The position numbers were made by a program, and so were the translations under genes. Under the pieces are notes generated by a model. That model searched no databases and was not told the DNA's origin. It saw only the letters and a program-made list of their open reading frames with translations. From Candidatus Binatia bacterium (GTDB lineage: Bacteria > Desulfobacterota > Binatia > UBA9968 > JAJDTQ01): a stretch of 64,000 nt of DNA. Of the stretch, positions 31,958 to 42,267 are shown one piece after another; position 1 is the first letter of the stretch, and each line of letters opens with the position of its first letter. The stretch covers positions 818,467-882,466 of the forward strand of contig OY729432.1 of NCBI GenBank assembly GCA_963422385.1. The letters run 5' to 3'.

Positions 31958-32419
31958 ATGGTGATGTTGACGAAGTCCCGCTACCGCAGGCTTCTCTTCC
32001 AGGGTTGGCTGGTACTGCTGGGCCTGACGGTCCTTTCCGGTTGCATTCGAGAGGAGGAGATGAAGCTCGTCTACGCGCAACGCTGCGCGAGCTGCCACGG
32101 CCCGGCGGGCAGGGGCGACGGCCCCATCGCCAAGGCGCTTTCGGCCAACGTGCCGGATTTTCGTCACACCGTGGACAACCGCGACGTGTTCGAGATCCGC
32201 CGGATCATCAAGGAAGGCAAAGGCATCATGCCCGCCTTCCAGCCTGCCTTGGAGAAATACCAGATCCAGGACATGGTGCGCATGGTGCGGGTGCTGAGCA
32301 TGGAAGGGCGTGACGTCGAGTGGTGGGAGAAGTTCGAGCCCCTGGTCTGGGCCCACTGCTCCGTGCCCTGGCAGGCCGTCTACGACTACGACACCGCCGC
32401 GAAAGACAAGCGGTCGTAA
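31958..32419 (+). CDS. c-type cytochrome (class I), probable lipoprotein
   Basis: Signal peptide with Cys. CASCHG haem-binding motif. Confidence 0.75.
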   Translation: MVMLTKSRYRRLLFQGWLVLLGLTVLSGCIREEEMKLVYAQRCASCHGPAGRGDGPIAKALSANVPDFRHTVDNRDVFEIRRIIKEGKGIMPAFQPALEKYQIQDMVRMVRVLSMEGRDVEWWEKFEPLVWAHCSVPWQAVYDYDTAAKDKRS

Positions 32420-32471
32420 CGCCGGTTCCGCGCGTCCGACTCCGAACCACCCTCGTTCGTTACACGGCCAC

Positions 32472-33794
32472 CTACGCCGTCGCCCCCGCGGGTGCCGGTC
32501 CCAGCGGCGGCACTGTCTTCCTGGGCCGGATGCTGAGGGCGAACGCCGCGGCCATCAGTCCCATCCAGCCGCCGGCGAAGAACGCCATCTCGTAGTTGCC
32601 GACGTAGTCGTACAGCAGGCCGCCGGCGTTGGCCATGGCGAACCCGCCTATCTGGTGCGACAGAAAGATCCAGCCGTAGATCCGGCCGATGGACTGCTTG
32701 CCGAAAGTCTGGCCAGCGAGGGTAACGACCGGCGGAACCGTGGCGAACCAGTCGAGTCCATAGATGACGGTAAAAATGAGGAGTCCACTGGTGTTGTCCA
32801 CCAGCGTCAGATAGAAGAGCGCCAATCCCCGCAGGGTGAACACCGCGGCAATCAGCTTTCGGGGATCGACCCGGTCGGTCAACCAGCCGGAGAACAGAGT
32901 CCCGACCACGTTCATGGTTCCCATGAGGGCGAACGCCACGCTGACGGTCCCCACCTCGAATCCCTGCTCCAGGGCATGGGGGATCAAATGGGTTCCGATG
33001 AGCCCGTTGGCGGTACCCCCGCAGATGGAAAATACCCCGCACAGGAGCCAGAAGGTAGGGGTCTTGATGGCGTCCCCGATGCCCATCACCGGCCCCGCGG
33101 GCTTCGCAGGCTCCGGCTTCCCGGATGCCGGGGCCTTGTCGGTCCCGGGCCCCTCGTTGTAGGGCTCCAGACCGACGTCCGCGGGTTTGTCGCGCATGAG
33201 CAGCCAGACCATCGTCACCGCCACGGCGGTGCAGGCGACCAGCACGTAAGAACTCATGCGCCAGCCGATGTATCCAATGATCAGGAGCATCAACGGGGCG
33301 AACACGATCTGTCCCGAAGAGCTGCCGCTGCTGAGAATGCCCACCGCGAGTCCGCGCCGGGCGTTGAACCAGCGATGCGCCACCGAAGCCGAGAGTACTC
33401 CGGACATGCCGCCGGCCCCCAGACCGACCATGACTCCCCAAGTCAGCCAGAACTGCCAAAGCTCGCTCACCAGAGTGGTGCCCAGAAGACCCGTCGAGAG
33501 CAGGGTCAACGAGGTCATCATGACCCGGCGCGGCCCGTACTTGTCCAGAATCCAACCCACCACCGGGGCGGCGACGCCATAGAGCAGAAGATTGATTGAA
33601 ATCCCGAATGTGATCGCTGATCGAGCCCATCCGAAGTCCGCCTCGAGTGGATGGATCAGCACGGTGGGAACCACACGGATGCCGGCCCCGTTGAAACTGG
33701 CGAAGAAGGTCACGGCCACGATGAGCCAAGCATAGTGGAAGGGCAACGGGATGGGGGGACGCGGCCCGGCATCCGGGCTGGCGGGATGATTCAT
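32472..33794 (-). CDS. MFS transporter
   Basis: 12-TM major-facilitator pattern. Start taken at MNHPASPD. Confidence 0.75.
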   Translation of the reverse strand: MNHPASPDAGPRPPIPLPFHYAWLIVAVTFFASFNGAGIRVVPTVLIHPLEADFGWARSAITFGISINLLLYGVAAPVVGWILDKYGPRRVMMTSLTLLSTGLLGTTLVSELWQFWLTWGVMVGLGAGGMSGVLSASVAHRWFNARRGLAVGILSSGSSSGQIVFAPLMLLIIGYIGWRMSSYVLVACTAVAVTMVWLLMRDKPADVGLEPYNEGPGTDKAPASGKPEPAKPAGPVMGIGDAIKTPTFWLLCGVFSICGGTANGLIGTHLIPHALEQGFEVGTVSVAFALMGTMNVVGTLFSGWLTDRVDPRKLIAAVFTLRGLALFYLTLVDNTSGLLIFTVIYGLDWFATVPPVVTLAGQTFGKQSIGRIYGWIFLSHQIGGFAMANAGGLLYDYVGNYEMAFFAGGWMGLMAAAFALSIRPRKTVPPLGPAPAGATA

Positions 33795-33866
33795 CCGATC
33801 TCGCTTTCTGTGGGAGCGGGGGAACGGGGATGCCTCCAAAGGCCGGCCCCTGTTCCCCGATTCCTG

Positions 33867-34844
33867 CTACTTCGGTAACGCGTCGCGCATCGCCTGGGTG
33901 TACTTGCTGTAGCTCTTCACGTAGTTGTCCAGGTCGGCCTGCGCCGCCTTGGAGTCGCCGGGGACGATGGGGCTCTTGGACTTCGCCAGGAACTCCCGGT
34001 ACTCTGGATCGTTCATGGTCTTCATGAACAGGTCCTCCAGGATCTTCTTCCTGTCATCGGGCAGACCCGGCGGCGCCACGATGCTGCGGCCGACGTAGAG
34101 GCGGAGGTCGATCCCCTTCTCTTTGGCAGTCGGAGTATCGGGAGCGTTCACCGGCCGCTGGTCGTGCAGGTGGAGCACCGGCCTCACGTCGCCCGACTTG
34201 ATGTAGGAGGCAGTGGTAGGATGGTCGATGGGTTGCAGGTACACGTCGAAGTCATTCCGGATCATGGACGGTATGCCCTCGCTGGTACCGCGATAACCCG
34301 ACACCACGTCCATCTGGATGCCGAGTTCCCTGGCTGCGACGAAGGTCGGGATCCAGCGCGAGACCCCGATGCCTTCCACGCCCCACTTGACCCGTTTCGC
34401 CTTCTGGAGATCTTCGAGCGTATGGAAACGGGAGTTCTTGCCCACGATGAGACTGTAGGGCTCGGCTCCAACCCGTGCGATATGGGTGAACTTGGTGACG
34501 TCGTAGCCGGTCTTGGCAACGCCGCTGATCAACTGCTTCCCGAGCATGCCGTCGGTGAAAAGGTGTCCCAGCGTATAGCCGTCGGGCTTGGCCCTGTACA
34601 TGGCCACCGTGCCGATGACCAGTCCGCCGCCGGTGATGTTCTTCACCACGAGATGGACGCCCTTGGGCAGGTATTTCCGCATGGTCCTGCCGATGCCTCG
34701 GGCCAGCCGGTCGAACCCGCCGCCGGGAGATCCCGCGACGACGATGATGATGTTCCTTTTCGGAAAGTCCGCTGCCGAGACAACGGTCGATTGCGCAAAG
34801 GCCACCAGAGTAAGCAACACTGCGATGGCAACCCACTTTCTCAT
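33867..34844 (-). CDS. tctC: Tripartite tricarboxylate transporter substrate-binding protein TctC (Bug family)
   Basis: Signal peptide plus Bug-family periplasmic binding fold. It is not linked to tctAB, which lies about 4 kb away. Confidence 0.8.
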   Translation of the reverse strand: MRKWVAIAVLLTLVAFAQSTVVSAADFPKRNIIIVVAGSPGGGFDRLARGIGRTMRKYLPKGVHLVVKNITGGGLVIGTVAMYRAKPDGYTLGHLFTDGMLGKQLISGVAKTGYDVTKFTHIARVGAEPYSLIVGKNSRFHTLEDLQKAKRVKWGVEGIGVSRWIPTFVAARELGIQMDVVSGYRGTSEGIPSMIRNDFDVYLQPIDHPTTASYIKSGDVRPVLHLHDQRPVNAPDTPTAKEKGIDLRLYVGRSIVAPPGLPDDRKKILEDLFMKTMNDPEYREFLAKSKSPIVPGDSKAAQADLDNYVKSYSKYTQAMRDALPK

Positions 34845-35024
34845 AACGGTCCTCCTGTTCGTAAGCGCCGTATCTACCCGATTTTTCGTAGTTCCCCAAG
34901 AAACAACATCGGGCAGGGGTTGTCAAACCAGGCAACAAGATCGTACATATGGGCATCACATACGGCCCTGAGCGTCGGGAAGCGGAGCACGGCGTGAGAG
35001 CGGTAGGGAAAAGGAGCACATCTT

Positions 35025-35810
35025 TCAGGTCGGTTTGCGTACAACGCGGGAGGCTGCATTGAAATGGGCAGACGCGCAGCGCAAGCAGGGAAACCCCACG
35101 GGACCGTGACGCCAACCGGAACACGCTCCCCAAGTCCGCGCGATCGAGCAGATGCGCGGCACCATGTCCCGATCCGATGTTGGACGCCGCCCCTGCGTTC
35201 CCCACTTGGATAAGGGGACATCCTGCAAGAACGCGGCGCCGGCGTGGTCGATGAAGGCGTCGACGTCGCGGATGTACTTCATGACCGTGGCCGGGTTGGT
35301 GTGGCGGGTAACCGCCATGATCTTGTCGAGGCGGGCACGGTGCGCCGCTGCACTCGTCACGAAGCCTGCCCGCAACGAATGCCCCGCCACCTCCTTCGGG
35401 TCCATGCCTATCAATGCAGCGTAGCGCTTGACCAACCATGGAACATCCGAATGGTGAAGCGGTCTCTCCTGCACCGACCCGCCACGTTTCATCGCCTGGA
35501 ACAGCGGCCCCTGTGTGATGCCGGAAGCCGCCAACCACGCCTGCACACGAGCAATCAGGCGGCCTTCCGGGATGGGAATCGTCCGACCCTTGCCGTTCCG
35601 GTCTGTCTTGGATCGGCGGATGGTCAGCAACATCCGCCGGGCGTAACCCCGGGTCCGTGGGATGACGGTCACATCGTCCACGCGTAGCCCGCAGAGTTCT
35701 GATCGCCGCAAGGCTGCGGCGAAACCCAGCGCGAGAAGAGCGGCGTCACGCAACCCGATCACCGAGTCGGGACATTGGGCGATCATGGCTTGCATGTGCC
35801 CTTCACGCAA
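35025..35810 (-). pseudogene. Tyrosine recombinase / phage integrase, C-terminal catalytic domain only (truncated)
   Basis: R..HxxR..Y catalytic residues are present (LRRSEL...; GHSLRAGFVTSAAAHRARLDKIMAVTRHTNPATVMKYIRD). The N-terminal SAM-like domain is absent. The gene lies about 800 bp from the tRNA-Ser 3' end. Confidence 0.6.
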
Positions 35811-35894
35811 TGCCTTGACCCGCCGCGGGGCTATCGATGACTATCCAGCAGTGAAAAGGCATTTACTGTCGTTCGGCAGTACGATACGGATGGA

Positions 35895-36335
35895 ATGTTC
35901 TGCGTGAACACGGCGTTTATGATATCTGGTCCATCAATCAGATACCTGTGTGCGTTACCAAACTCGAAACTGATGACATGGTTTATGAGCAACACGGCTC
36001 TGAATTCTGGAATGGGTGTGACGCGATGGATCAATGCTTCCGTTGAGGCCATCCCCAAAATATCCGGTGTGCAGCAACGCCCGTTTGTCCGTCGGGTCAA
36101 CTGCATCCTGAAGGCAAAAGCCTCCGACCCGTCAGTGGACACCAGCGAGCGGGAAACGGACATGGACCGGCTGGTGTACGCTCTTTACGGCCTTACCCCG
36201 GAGGAATCAGTTGCTGTCGTAGAGGGAGCCACATGGGTCAAACCAAATCCCGCGGGACACCGGGAACGATGTGCAAAGCGTGCTTTGGCGAGTCGTCCAG
36301 GGTCTGATAACACTGGCGTAAAGCCTCGGAGATGA
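35895..36335 (+). pseudogene. Fragment carrying the C-terminal tail of an N6-adenine DNA methyltransferase (type IIG/BREX PglX-like)
   Basis: ...ILKAKASDPSVDTSERETDMDRLVYALYGLTPEESVAVVEG matches the characteristic C-terminal motif of these MTases. No MTase core is present. The region has lower GC. Confidence 0.4.
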
Positions 36336-36531
36336 GCGAGAAGAGGATGAAGCCGAGGAAGATGACATCGAGCTTGTCGAAGCAGGAGAAGATTCGCCGG
36401 AATCCCTTGAGACGACGAAACAACCTCTCGATCTCGTTGCGGCGCTTGTACATGCGGCGATGGTACTTCCAAGGGTGGACTCGGGTGGACAACGGCGGCG
36501 CCACCGGTGTGAACCCCAGAGCCAGAGCCAA
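36238..36531 (-). mobile_element. IS5-family transposase, C-terminal fragment
   Basis: YKRRNEIERLFRRLKGFRRIFSCFDKLDVIFLGFILFSLI is the hallmark IS5 DDE C-terminus. Only 97 aa. Confidence 0.6.
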
Positions 36532-36610
36532 CGGGCGTGTCTCGTTACCTTCCTACGCCCGGTCCATGCTTACGCACTCTCGCCATGGTGTAACACGTCG
36601 GACCAGGTAC

Positions 36611-36700
36611 TGGCGGAGGGGGCGAGATTCGAACTCGCGGTCCACCGTTAAGCGGACGCCGATTTTCAAGACCGGTGCCTTAAACCACTCGGCCACCCCT
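36611..36700 (-). tRNA. tRNA-Ser (anticodon UGA), type II with a long variable arm
   Basis: Minus strand reads GGAGGGGTGGCCGAGTGGTTTAAGGCACCGGTCTTGAAAATCGGCGTCCGCTTAACGGTGGACCGCGAGTTCGAATCTCGCCCCCTCCGCCA. The anticodon loop is CTTGAAA. Confidence 0.85.
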
Positions 36701-36731
36701 CCGTTTTCGGGAAGACCCGGCGCGCCCCGTG

Positions 36732-37211
36732 TCAGGGGCGCTTATCGGAATTGTGCCACTTGGTGAAGGGATTTGCCACAAGGTTGGCGTTGTAGAAGCG
36801 GGGGTCGTCGGTGACCTCTTCGCCTACCCACGGGGGTTTGGTCAGGGGGCGGTCTTCCCGGTCGAGCTCGACCTCGGCAACGACGAGGCCCTGGTTGTCG
36901 CCGAGGAACTCGTCCACTTCCCAGACGAGGCCGTCGTGCTCCAGTCGCCGGCGCACCTTCTCGATGAGGGGCGGCTCGCACAGCCGCAGCAGCTCGGCGG
37001 CGTCCTCGGGCGGGATATCGTACTCGAACTCGGCGCGAGTGGCGCCCCGGGTGATGCCCTTGATGGTAAGTCGGGCCTTGTCGCCCTCGATGCGCACACG
37101 CACGGTGCGCTCCGGCTGGGTGCTGAGGTAGCCTTGACGGAGGACCACGCCCTCGGCGTTGCGCCATTCGTCTCCGGTGACCAGGAACTTGCGCTCGATC
37201 TCCAGCGCCAT
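36732..37211 (-). CDS. CYTH domain protein (CyaB / thiamine-triphosphatase-like)
   Basis: MALEIERKFLV... contains the ExExK motif. 159 aa. Confidence 0.75.
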   Translation of the reverse strand: MALEIERKFLVTGDEWRNAEGVVLRQGYLSTQPERTVRVRIEGDKARLTIKGITRGATRAEFEYDIPPEDAAELLRLCEPPLIEKVRRRLEHDGLVWEVDEFLGDNQGLVVAEVELDREDRPLTKPPWVGEEVTDDPRFYNANLVANPFTKWHNSDKRP

Positions 37212-37294
37212 GTGGGATCCTCGCTGCCGCGCCCCGCTCGTGCGAAGTGGCTGTTGGAGACCATCAGAAGGCCGAACGGGCTGGTAGCGGGGCA

Positions 37295-37327
37295 GCACGA
37301 GGGGTTTGAAACCCGCCCCTACATCCG
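37295..37327. repeat. REP-like GC-rich palindrome
   Basis: GCACGAGGGGTTTGAAACCCGCCCCTACATCC sits 3' of the LLM gene. Confidence 0.5.
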
Positions 37328-38311
37328 GTGCAGGACGTTCTCGGCCAGGGCCTGCAGGTATTCCTTTCGGCCGGAGAGGTCCTTGGGCATGTTGAGCAGG
37401 GTCATGCCCACGTACTCCACGCCGTCCTCGGCCAGCCGGCCGAGTCCTTCCAGGCAGTCGTCGCCGTTGCCTGCCACGGCCCATGCGCTGACCTCGGAGT
37501 CCGAGGCGATGTTGATCTTGACCATGGTGTCTTCCTGCATGTTCCAACTGCTGTACATCTTGTAGGAAGACGCCGCCGACTCCCGCGCCTGGGCGATGGC
37601 GGTCTCGCGGTCGCCGGCGAACGCCACCCCCCGGGAGATGGTGATGCGGCCGGGGTCCTGGCCGGTCACGCTGCGCTCGTCGCGGTAGACGGATATGAGA
37701 TGGGCCACGTCGTCGAAGCCCACCTGGGGCGCCAGATACGCGGCATCGGCGATGCGGGCGGACCGGCGCACCGCACCTTCGCTCTGGCACGCGATCCAGA
37801 TGGGAGGATGGGGCTTCTGAATGGGCGCAAAACCCATCCTGGCGCCGTGCACGGTCCAGTACTTGCCCTCGTAGTCGATCTCCTCGCCGGTCCACAGCCG
37901 TTTCATCACTTCGATGGATTCGGTGAGGCGGGAGACCCGCTGCTTGCGGTTGGAACCCACGGCTTCGAGCTCGGTATCCCGGTAGCCGAGGCCGACGCCC
38001 AAGACAAACCGGCCCTTGGCGATGTGGTCCAGGGTGGCCACGTCTTCCGCCACCTGGAGCGGGTTGTGCAGCGGCAGCAGCACGATGCCGGTCTGCAGCC
38101 GCATCTCGCCCACTTCAGGCGCCAGCCGCGCCAGCATCGGGAACGGCTGGGGCCAGATGGTGGGGTGCGACACCCAGTGCTGCGGCATGGTGACGGCGGC
38201 AAAGCCGCAATCCCGCGCCACGTGGCAGATCTCCACGGCGTCGTCGATCTGCTCGTGCAGCGGCCGCGTGGGATTGGTGAAGAAAGAACGAAGATAGATG
38301 CCGAGTTCCAC
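37319..38311 (-). CDS. LLM-class flavin/F420-dependent oxidoreductase
   Basis: Luciferase-like TIM barrel. The probable start is a GTG (VELGIY...) preceded by GGAGG. The ORF-track Met is 26 codons further upstream. Confidence 0.7.
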   Translation of the reverse strand: MELGIYLRSFFTNPTRPLHEQIDDAVEICHVARDCGFAAVTMPQHWVSHPTIWPQPFPMLARLAPEVGEMRLQTGIVLLPLHNPLQVAEDVATLDHIAKGRFVLGVGLGYRDTELEAVGSNRKQRVSRLTESIEVMKRLWTGEEIDYEGKYWTVHGARMGFAPIQKPHPPIWIACQSEGAVRRSARIADAAYLAPQVGFDDVAHLISVYRDERSVTGQDPGRITISRGVAFAGDRETAIAQARESAASSYKMYSSWNMQEDTMVKINIASDSEVSAWAVAGNGDDCLEGLGRLAEDGVEYVGMTLLNMPKDLSGRKEYLQALAENVLHRM

Positions 38312-38545
38312 TGGTGTCCTCCTGGGGCGGGAATGTGTAGAAATGGCCCCGGTAGAGTCTCGCGCGTTGCGCTCCTCCCTCTGGGCCATGAATACGGTGC
38401 AAGTTTCGGCGAACAGGGTCGAAAGGATGCCTCTACTTCATGGCAAGCAAGGGCCGCCCTTGTCAACTTGCGGCCATGCGGGGCAGATATCGGTAAAGGA
38501 TCGGACGTCGTTATTGAAAATGGCCGTCCGGCGGTCCAATGCCTG

Positions 38546-38569
38546 TATCCCGGGTCAAGCCCGGGATGA
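38546..38569. promoter_or_regulatory. Palindrome ATCCCGGGTCAAGCCCGGGATGAC in the LLM/tcuA divergent region
   Basis: Inverted repeat TCCCGGG(N5)CCCGGGA sits about 36 nt upstream of tcuA. A related copy is at 44989-45012. Confidence 0.35.
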
Positions 38570-38604
38570 CTAACTGCGGTCCGGGGTGAAGTTGACAGAA
38601 TCCC

Positions 38605-40047
38605 GTGCGTCCACTAACAGGTAGCGTCATGGCTTCATCATCCACCGGAGGCGGTTCGGGGCAGGCTCCCGAGGTGGACGTGCTCATCGCGGGGGGCGGG
38701 AACGCGGCGATGTGCGCGGCCATCATGGCCCGTCACGGCGGCGCCAGCGTACTGGTGCTGGAGGCGGCGCCCAAAGCGTTTCGCGGCGGCAACAGCCGCC
38801 ATACCCGCAACCTTCGCTACATGCACGAGGGCGAGGACGGGTTCCTCACGGGCACGTATCCGGAGGACGAGTTCTACGAGGACCTCCTGCGCGTGACCGG
38901 CGGCGACACCAACGAGGAGCTGGCCCGCTTCTGCATCCGCGAATCCCGGGACGCGGGCGAATGGATGTCGGCCCACGGGATCCGCTGGCAGCCGTCGTTG
39001 CGCGGCACGCTGCAACTGTCGCGCACCAACGCCTTCTTCCTGGGCGGCGGCAAGGCCCTGATGAACGCCTACTACGACACCGCCGGGAAGATGGGCGTGC
39101 GGGTGGAGTACGAGACCGAGGTGCGGGACCTGAACGTCGAGGACGGCATGTTTTGCTCCGCCGTGGTGGAACACCACGGCCAGACCCGAGAGGTGGCGGC
39201 CAAGGCTTTCATCGGCGCCTCCGGCGGCTTCGAGGCCAACGTCCCGTGGCTCAAGGAATACTGGGGCGACGCGGCGGACAATTTCATCATCCGCGGCACG
39301 CCCTACAACAAGGGTCGCGTGCTGCGGCAGTTGCTCGACGCCGGCGCGAAGCCGGCGGGGCGGGCCAAGGGGTTCCACGCCATCGCGCTGGACGGGCGCG
39401 CGCCCAAGTTCGACGGCGGCATCGTGACGCGGCTCGACTGCGTCCCCTTCGGCGTCGTGGTCAACAAGCACGCCGAGCGCTTCTACGACGAGGGCGAGGA
39501 CTTCTGGCCCAAGCGCTACGCCATCTGGGGTACGCTCATCGCCGGCCAGCCGGAGCAGGAGGCCTATTGCATCGTGGACGCCAAGTCCATCGACATGTTC
39601 CTGCCCTCGGTCTTTCCGCCCTTCGAGGCGGCCTCCATCCGGCAACTGGGCGCGGCCCTGGACCTCGACCCGGCCCGGCTGGAGGAGACGGTGGCGGCCT
39701 TCAACCGCTCCGTCAGGCCCGGCGCCTTCGACGCCACGGTGCTGGACGATTGCGCCACCGAGGGCATGGACCCGCCCAAGAGCCACTGGGCGCGTGCCAT
39801 CGACACCCCGCCGTTCTACGGCTATCCGCTGCGGCCGGGGATCACCTTCACGTACATGGGCGTCGCCGTGAACAAGGAGACGCAGGTCCTGTTCGGCGAG
39901 GACCAGCCGTCTCCCAACATCTTCGCGGCCGGGGAGATGATGTCCGGAAACATCCTCGGCAAAGGGTATCTGGCGGGATTCGGCATGACCATCGGAACGG
40001 TGTTCGGCCGCATTGCCGGAAGGGAGGCCGCGCGTGCCGTCGTCTGA
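38605..40047 (+). CDS. tcuA: Tricarballylate dehydrogenase, FAD-dependent (TcuA)
   Basis: DVLIAGGGNAAMCAAI...APKAFRGGNSRHTRNLRYMHEG matches TcuA closely. Confidence 0.8.
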   Translation: MRPLTGSVMASSSTGGGSGQAPEVDVLIAGGGNAAMCAAIMARHGGASVLVLEAAPKAFRGGNSRHTRNLRYMHEGEDGFLTGTYPEDEFYEDLLRVTGGDTNEELARFCIRESRDAGEWMSAHGIRWQPSLRGTLQLSRTNAFFLGGGKALMNAYYDTAGKMGVRVEYETEVRDLNVEDGMFCSAVVEHHGQTREVAAKAFIGASGGFEANVPWLKEYWGDAADNFIIRGTPYNKGRVLRQLLDAGAKPAGRAKGFHAIALDGRAPKFDGGIVTRLDCVPFGVVVNKHAERFYDEGEDFWPKRYAIWGTLIAGQPEQEAYCIVDAKSIDMFLPSVFPPFEAASIRQLGAALDLDPARLEETVAAFNRSVRPGAFDATVLDDCATEGMDPPKSHWARAIDTPPFYGYPLRPGITFTYMGVAVNKETQVLFGEDQPSPNIFAAGEMMSGNILGKGYLAGFGMTIGTVFGRIAGREAARAVV

Positions 40048-40072
40048 GCATCTCAGGGAAGCCGACCGGGTC

Positions 40073-41155
40073 ATGACCATCTGCAACGCCTGCCGCTACT
40101 GTGCGGGCTTCTGCGCGGTGTTCCCGGCCATGGAGCGACGGCGCACCTTCGACGGAAAGGACCTGGTCTATCTGTCCAACCTGTGCTTCGAGTGCCGCGC
40201 CTGCTTCTACGCGTGCCAGTACGCGCCGCCCCACGAGTTCGCGGTGAACGTGCCCAAGGCCCTGTCCCGGCTGCGGGCCGACACCTATGAGGACTACGCC
40301 TGGCCGCGGGTCCTGTCAGGCATGTACAAGAACAACGCCTTTCTGGTGGGGCTCATCACCACGGTGTGCATCGCCGTGGCTTTCGTGCTGACTCTGGCGT
40401 TCCAGGGCAGCGCGACGCTGTTCTCGGCCCACCAGGGCGCCGGCGCGTTCTACGCGGTGGTGCCCTACGGCGCCATGGTGTTCCCGGCTACCGTGATGTT
40501 CTTCTACGCGATCTTCGCACTGTTGGCGGGTTTCGTGAGCTTCTGGCGCCGCACCCGCGGCAGCATCTCCGACCTCGTCAACCCGCCCGCCTTCGCCCGA
40601 GCCATGAAGGACGCCTTCGGCCTCCAGTACATGAAGGGCGGCGGCGACGGCTGCAACTACCCCGACGAGAAGTTCTCCAGGAGCCGGATGTGGCACCACC
40701 ATCTGGTGTTCTACGGTTTCCTGCTGGACTTCGCGGCCACCACCACCGCGGCCTTCTACCATCACTTCATGCACTGGGACGCACCCTATCCCTACCTGAG
40801 CGTACCGGTGGCGTTCGGGACCGTGGGCGGCGTCATGATGTGCATCGGCACGGTGGGGCTGCTCTATCTCAAGTCCAGGAGCGACCTGGAGCCCGCCGAG
40901 GAGAAGATGCTCAGCCTGGACAGGAGCTTCCTCGTGATGCTGTTCCTGACGAGCTTCACCGGTTTGCTGCTGCTGGTGTTCCGGGAAACCGCGGTCATGG
41001 GAACGCTGCTGGTGATCCACCTGGGCGTCGTGGCCGGGCTCTTCCTCACCCTGCCCTACAGCAAGTTCGCCCATGCCGTGTACCGCTACGCGGCGTTGAT
41101 ACAGAACGCCGTCGAGATCCGCGAGGAAGAAGAGAGCCGCGTCGTCCCGGGCTGA
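40073..41155 (+). CDS. tcuB: Tricarballylate utilisation protein B (TcuB), membrane Fe-S protein
   Basis: MTICNACRYCAGFCAVFPAM...CFECRACFYACQY Cys clusters followed by TM helices. The start could also be the overlapping upstream Met at 40013. Confidence 0.8.
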   Translation: MTICNACRYCAGFCAVFPAMERRRTFDGKDLVYLSNLCFECRACFYACQYAPPHEFAVNVPKALSRLRADTYEDYAWPRVLSGMYKNNAFLVGLITTVCIAVAFVLTLAFQGSATLFSAHQGAGAFYAVVPYGAMVFPATVMFFYAIFALLAGFVSFWRRTRGSISDLVNPPAFARAMKDAFGLQYMKGGGDGCNYPDEKFSRSRMWHHHLVFYGFLLDFAATTTAAFYHHFMHWDAPYPYLSVPVAFGTVGGVMMCIGTVGLLYLKSRSDLEPAEEKMLSLDRSFLVMLFLTSFTGLLLLVFRETAVMGTLLVIHLGVVAGLFLTLPYSKFAHAVYRYAALIQNAVEIREEEESRVVPG

Positions 41156-41211
41156 CGCGGACGGGGGATGGGGCCTGCCAGCCGACGCCATGGAAAAGCG
41201 CCGGCCCAATC

Positions 41212-42210
41212 TCAGTATGTATCGAACATCCGCTGAATGGCGTCCGGATCCTCGGTCACGCTCAGGGCCAACGCCAGCAGTACCCGGGCCTTCCAGGGTT
41301 GGAGATTGTCCGCGGTGACGACCCCGCGGTCGCGCAGCTTCGGGCTCCGGGCCACCCGGCCGGAACCCACCCGGCTGCCGATGCACAGCGCCACCCCCTC
41401 TTGACGGGCGCGCTCGAAGGCCTCGTCCTGAGCCGGCGTGGGGCGGCCCGCGCCGGTGGCGGCGCACACGATGCCCTTGGCGCCCGCGGCCACGCTGGCG
41501 TCGATCATGGCGCCGTCCGCACCCGCGTGCGACACCACCACGTCCACCCGTGGCAGCGATTCCAGCCCCGACACGTCGAACTCGGTCTCGGTGGTGTGCG
41601 GCTTGACCGTGCGGTGATGGTAGCGCACCCGGCCGTCGGCGTCGGCAAAGCCCAGTGGGCCCAGATCCCGTCCCTGGAACGCCTCCACGCGATAGGTGGC
41701 CGTCTTGGTCAGATCCCGGGCGCCGTAGATCCGATCGTTCATCACCGCCAATACGCCGTGTCCACGGGAACCCGTATCCGCCGCCACCCGCACGGCGTTC
41801 AGCAGGTTGAGATAGCCGTCGGCGCCCAGCGCCGAGGCCGGGCGCATGGACCCCACCAGCACCACCGGCCCGTCGGTCTTGAGAACGAGGTTGAGGAAGT
41901 AAGCCGTCTCTTCGAGGGTGTTGGTGCCGTGGGTGATGACCGCGCCGTCGGCGCCGCCGCGTTCGAAGAGCCCGTGCAGCAACTCCGCCAGGTCGAGCCA
42001 GTCCCGATCCACCAGGGCATGGCTCGGCAACCGCCGAAACGGCACTTCCTCCACCTCGGCGATGTCGGCAAGCTCGGGGACGGAGCCCAACAACTCGCCG
42101 TCGTCGAGCCGCTTGTTGCTCTCGATGTACCAGGCGAGATCCAGGCGGTCGGCGCCGACGGAATCGATGGTGCCTCCGGTGATGATCAGGGCAACTCTGG
42201 GTACCGTCAT
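41212..42210 (-). CDS. L-asparaginase (type II family)
   Basis: ITGGTIDS threonine active-site motif and GxVxTHGTNTLEETA. Confidence 0.85.
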   Translation of the reverse strand: MTVPRVALIITGGTIDSVGADRLDLAWYIESNKRLDDGELLGSVPELADIAEVEEVPFRRLPSHALVDRDWLDLAELLHGLFERGGADGAVITHGTNTLEETAYFLNLVLKTDGPVVLVGSMRPASALGADGYLNLLNAVRVAADTGSRGHGVLAVMNDRIYGARDLTKTATYRVEAFQGRDLGPLGFADADGRVRYHHRTVKPHTTETEFDVSGLESLPRVDVVVSHAGADGAMIDASVAAGAKGIVCAATGAGRPTPAQDEAFERARQEGVALCIGSRVGSGRVARSPKLRDRGVVTADNLQPWKARVLLALALSVTEDPDAIQRMFDTY

Positions 42211-42267
42211 GTCACGGTCCTCGGAAGAGAATATTGAAAAATAGAAGCCTCAAAGCTTTATTCCTGG

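Noticed and set aside
35810-36611. Intact restriction-modification gene next to the integrase
   Set aside because: - Only the roughly 40-aa C-terminal tail motif of a methyltransferase is present.
- There is no catalytic (NPPY/DPPY) or SAM-binding region, so it was scored as a fragment.
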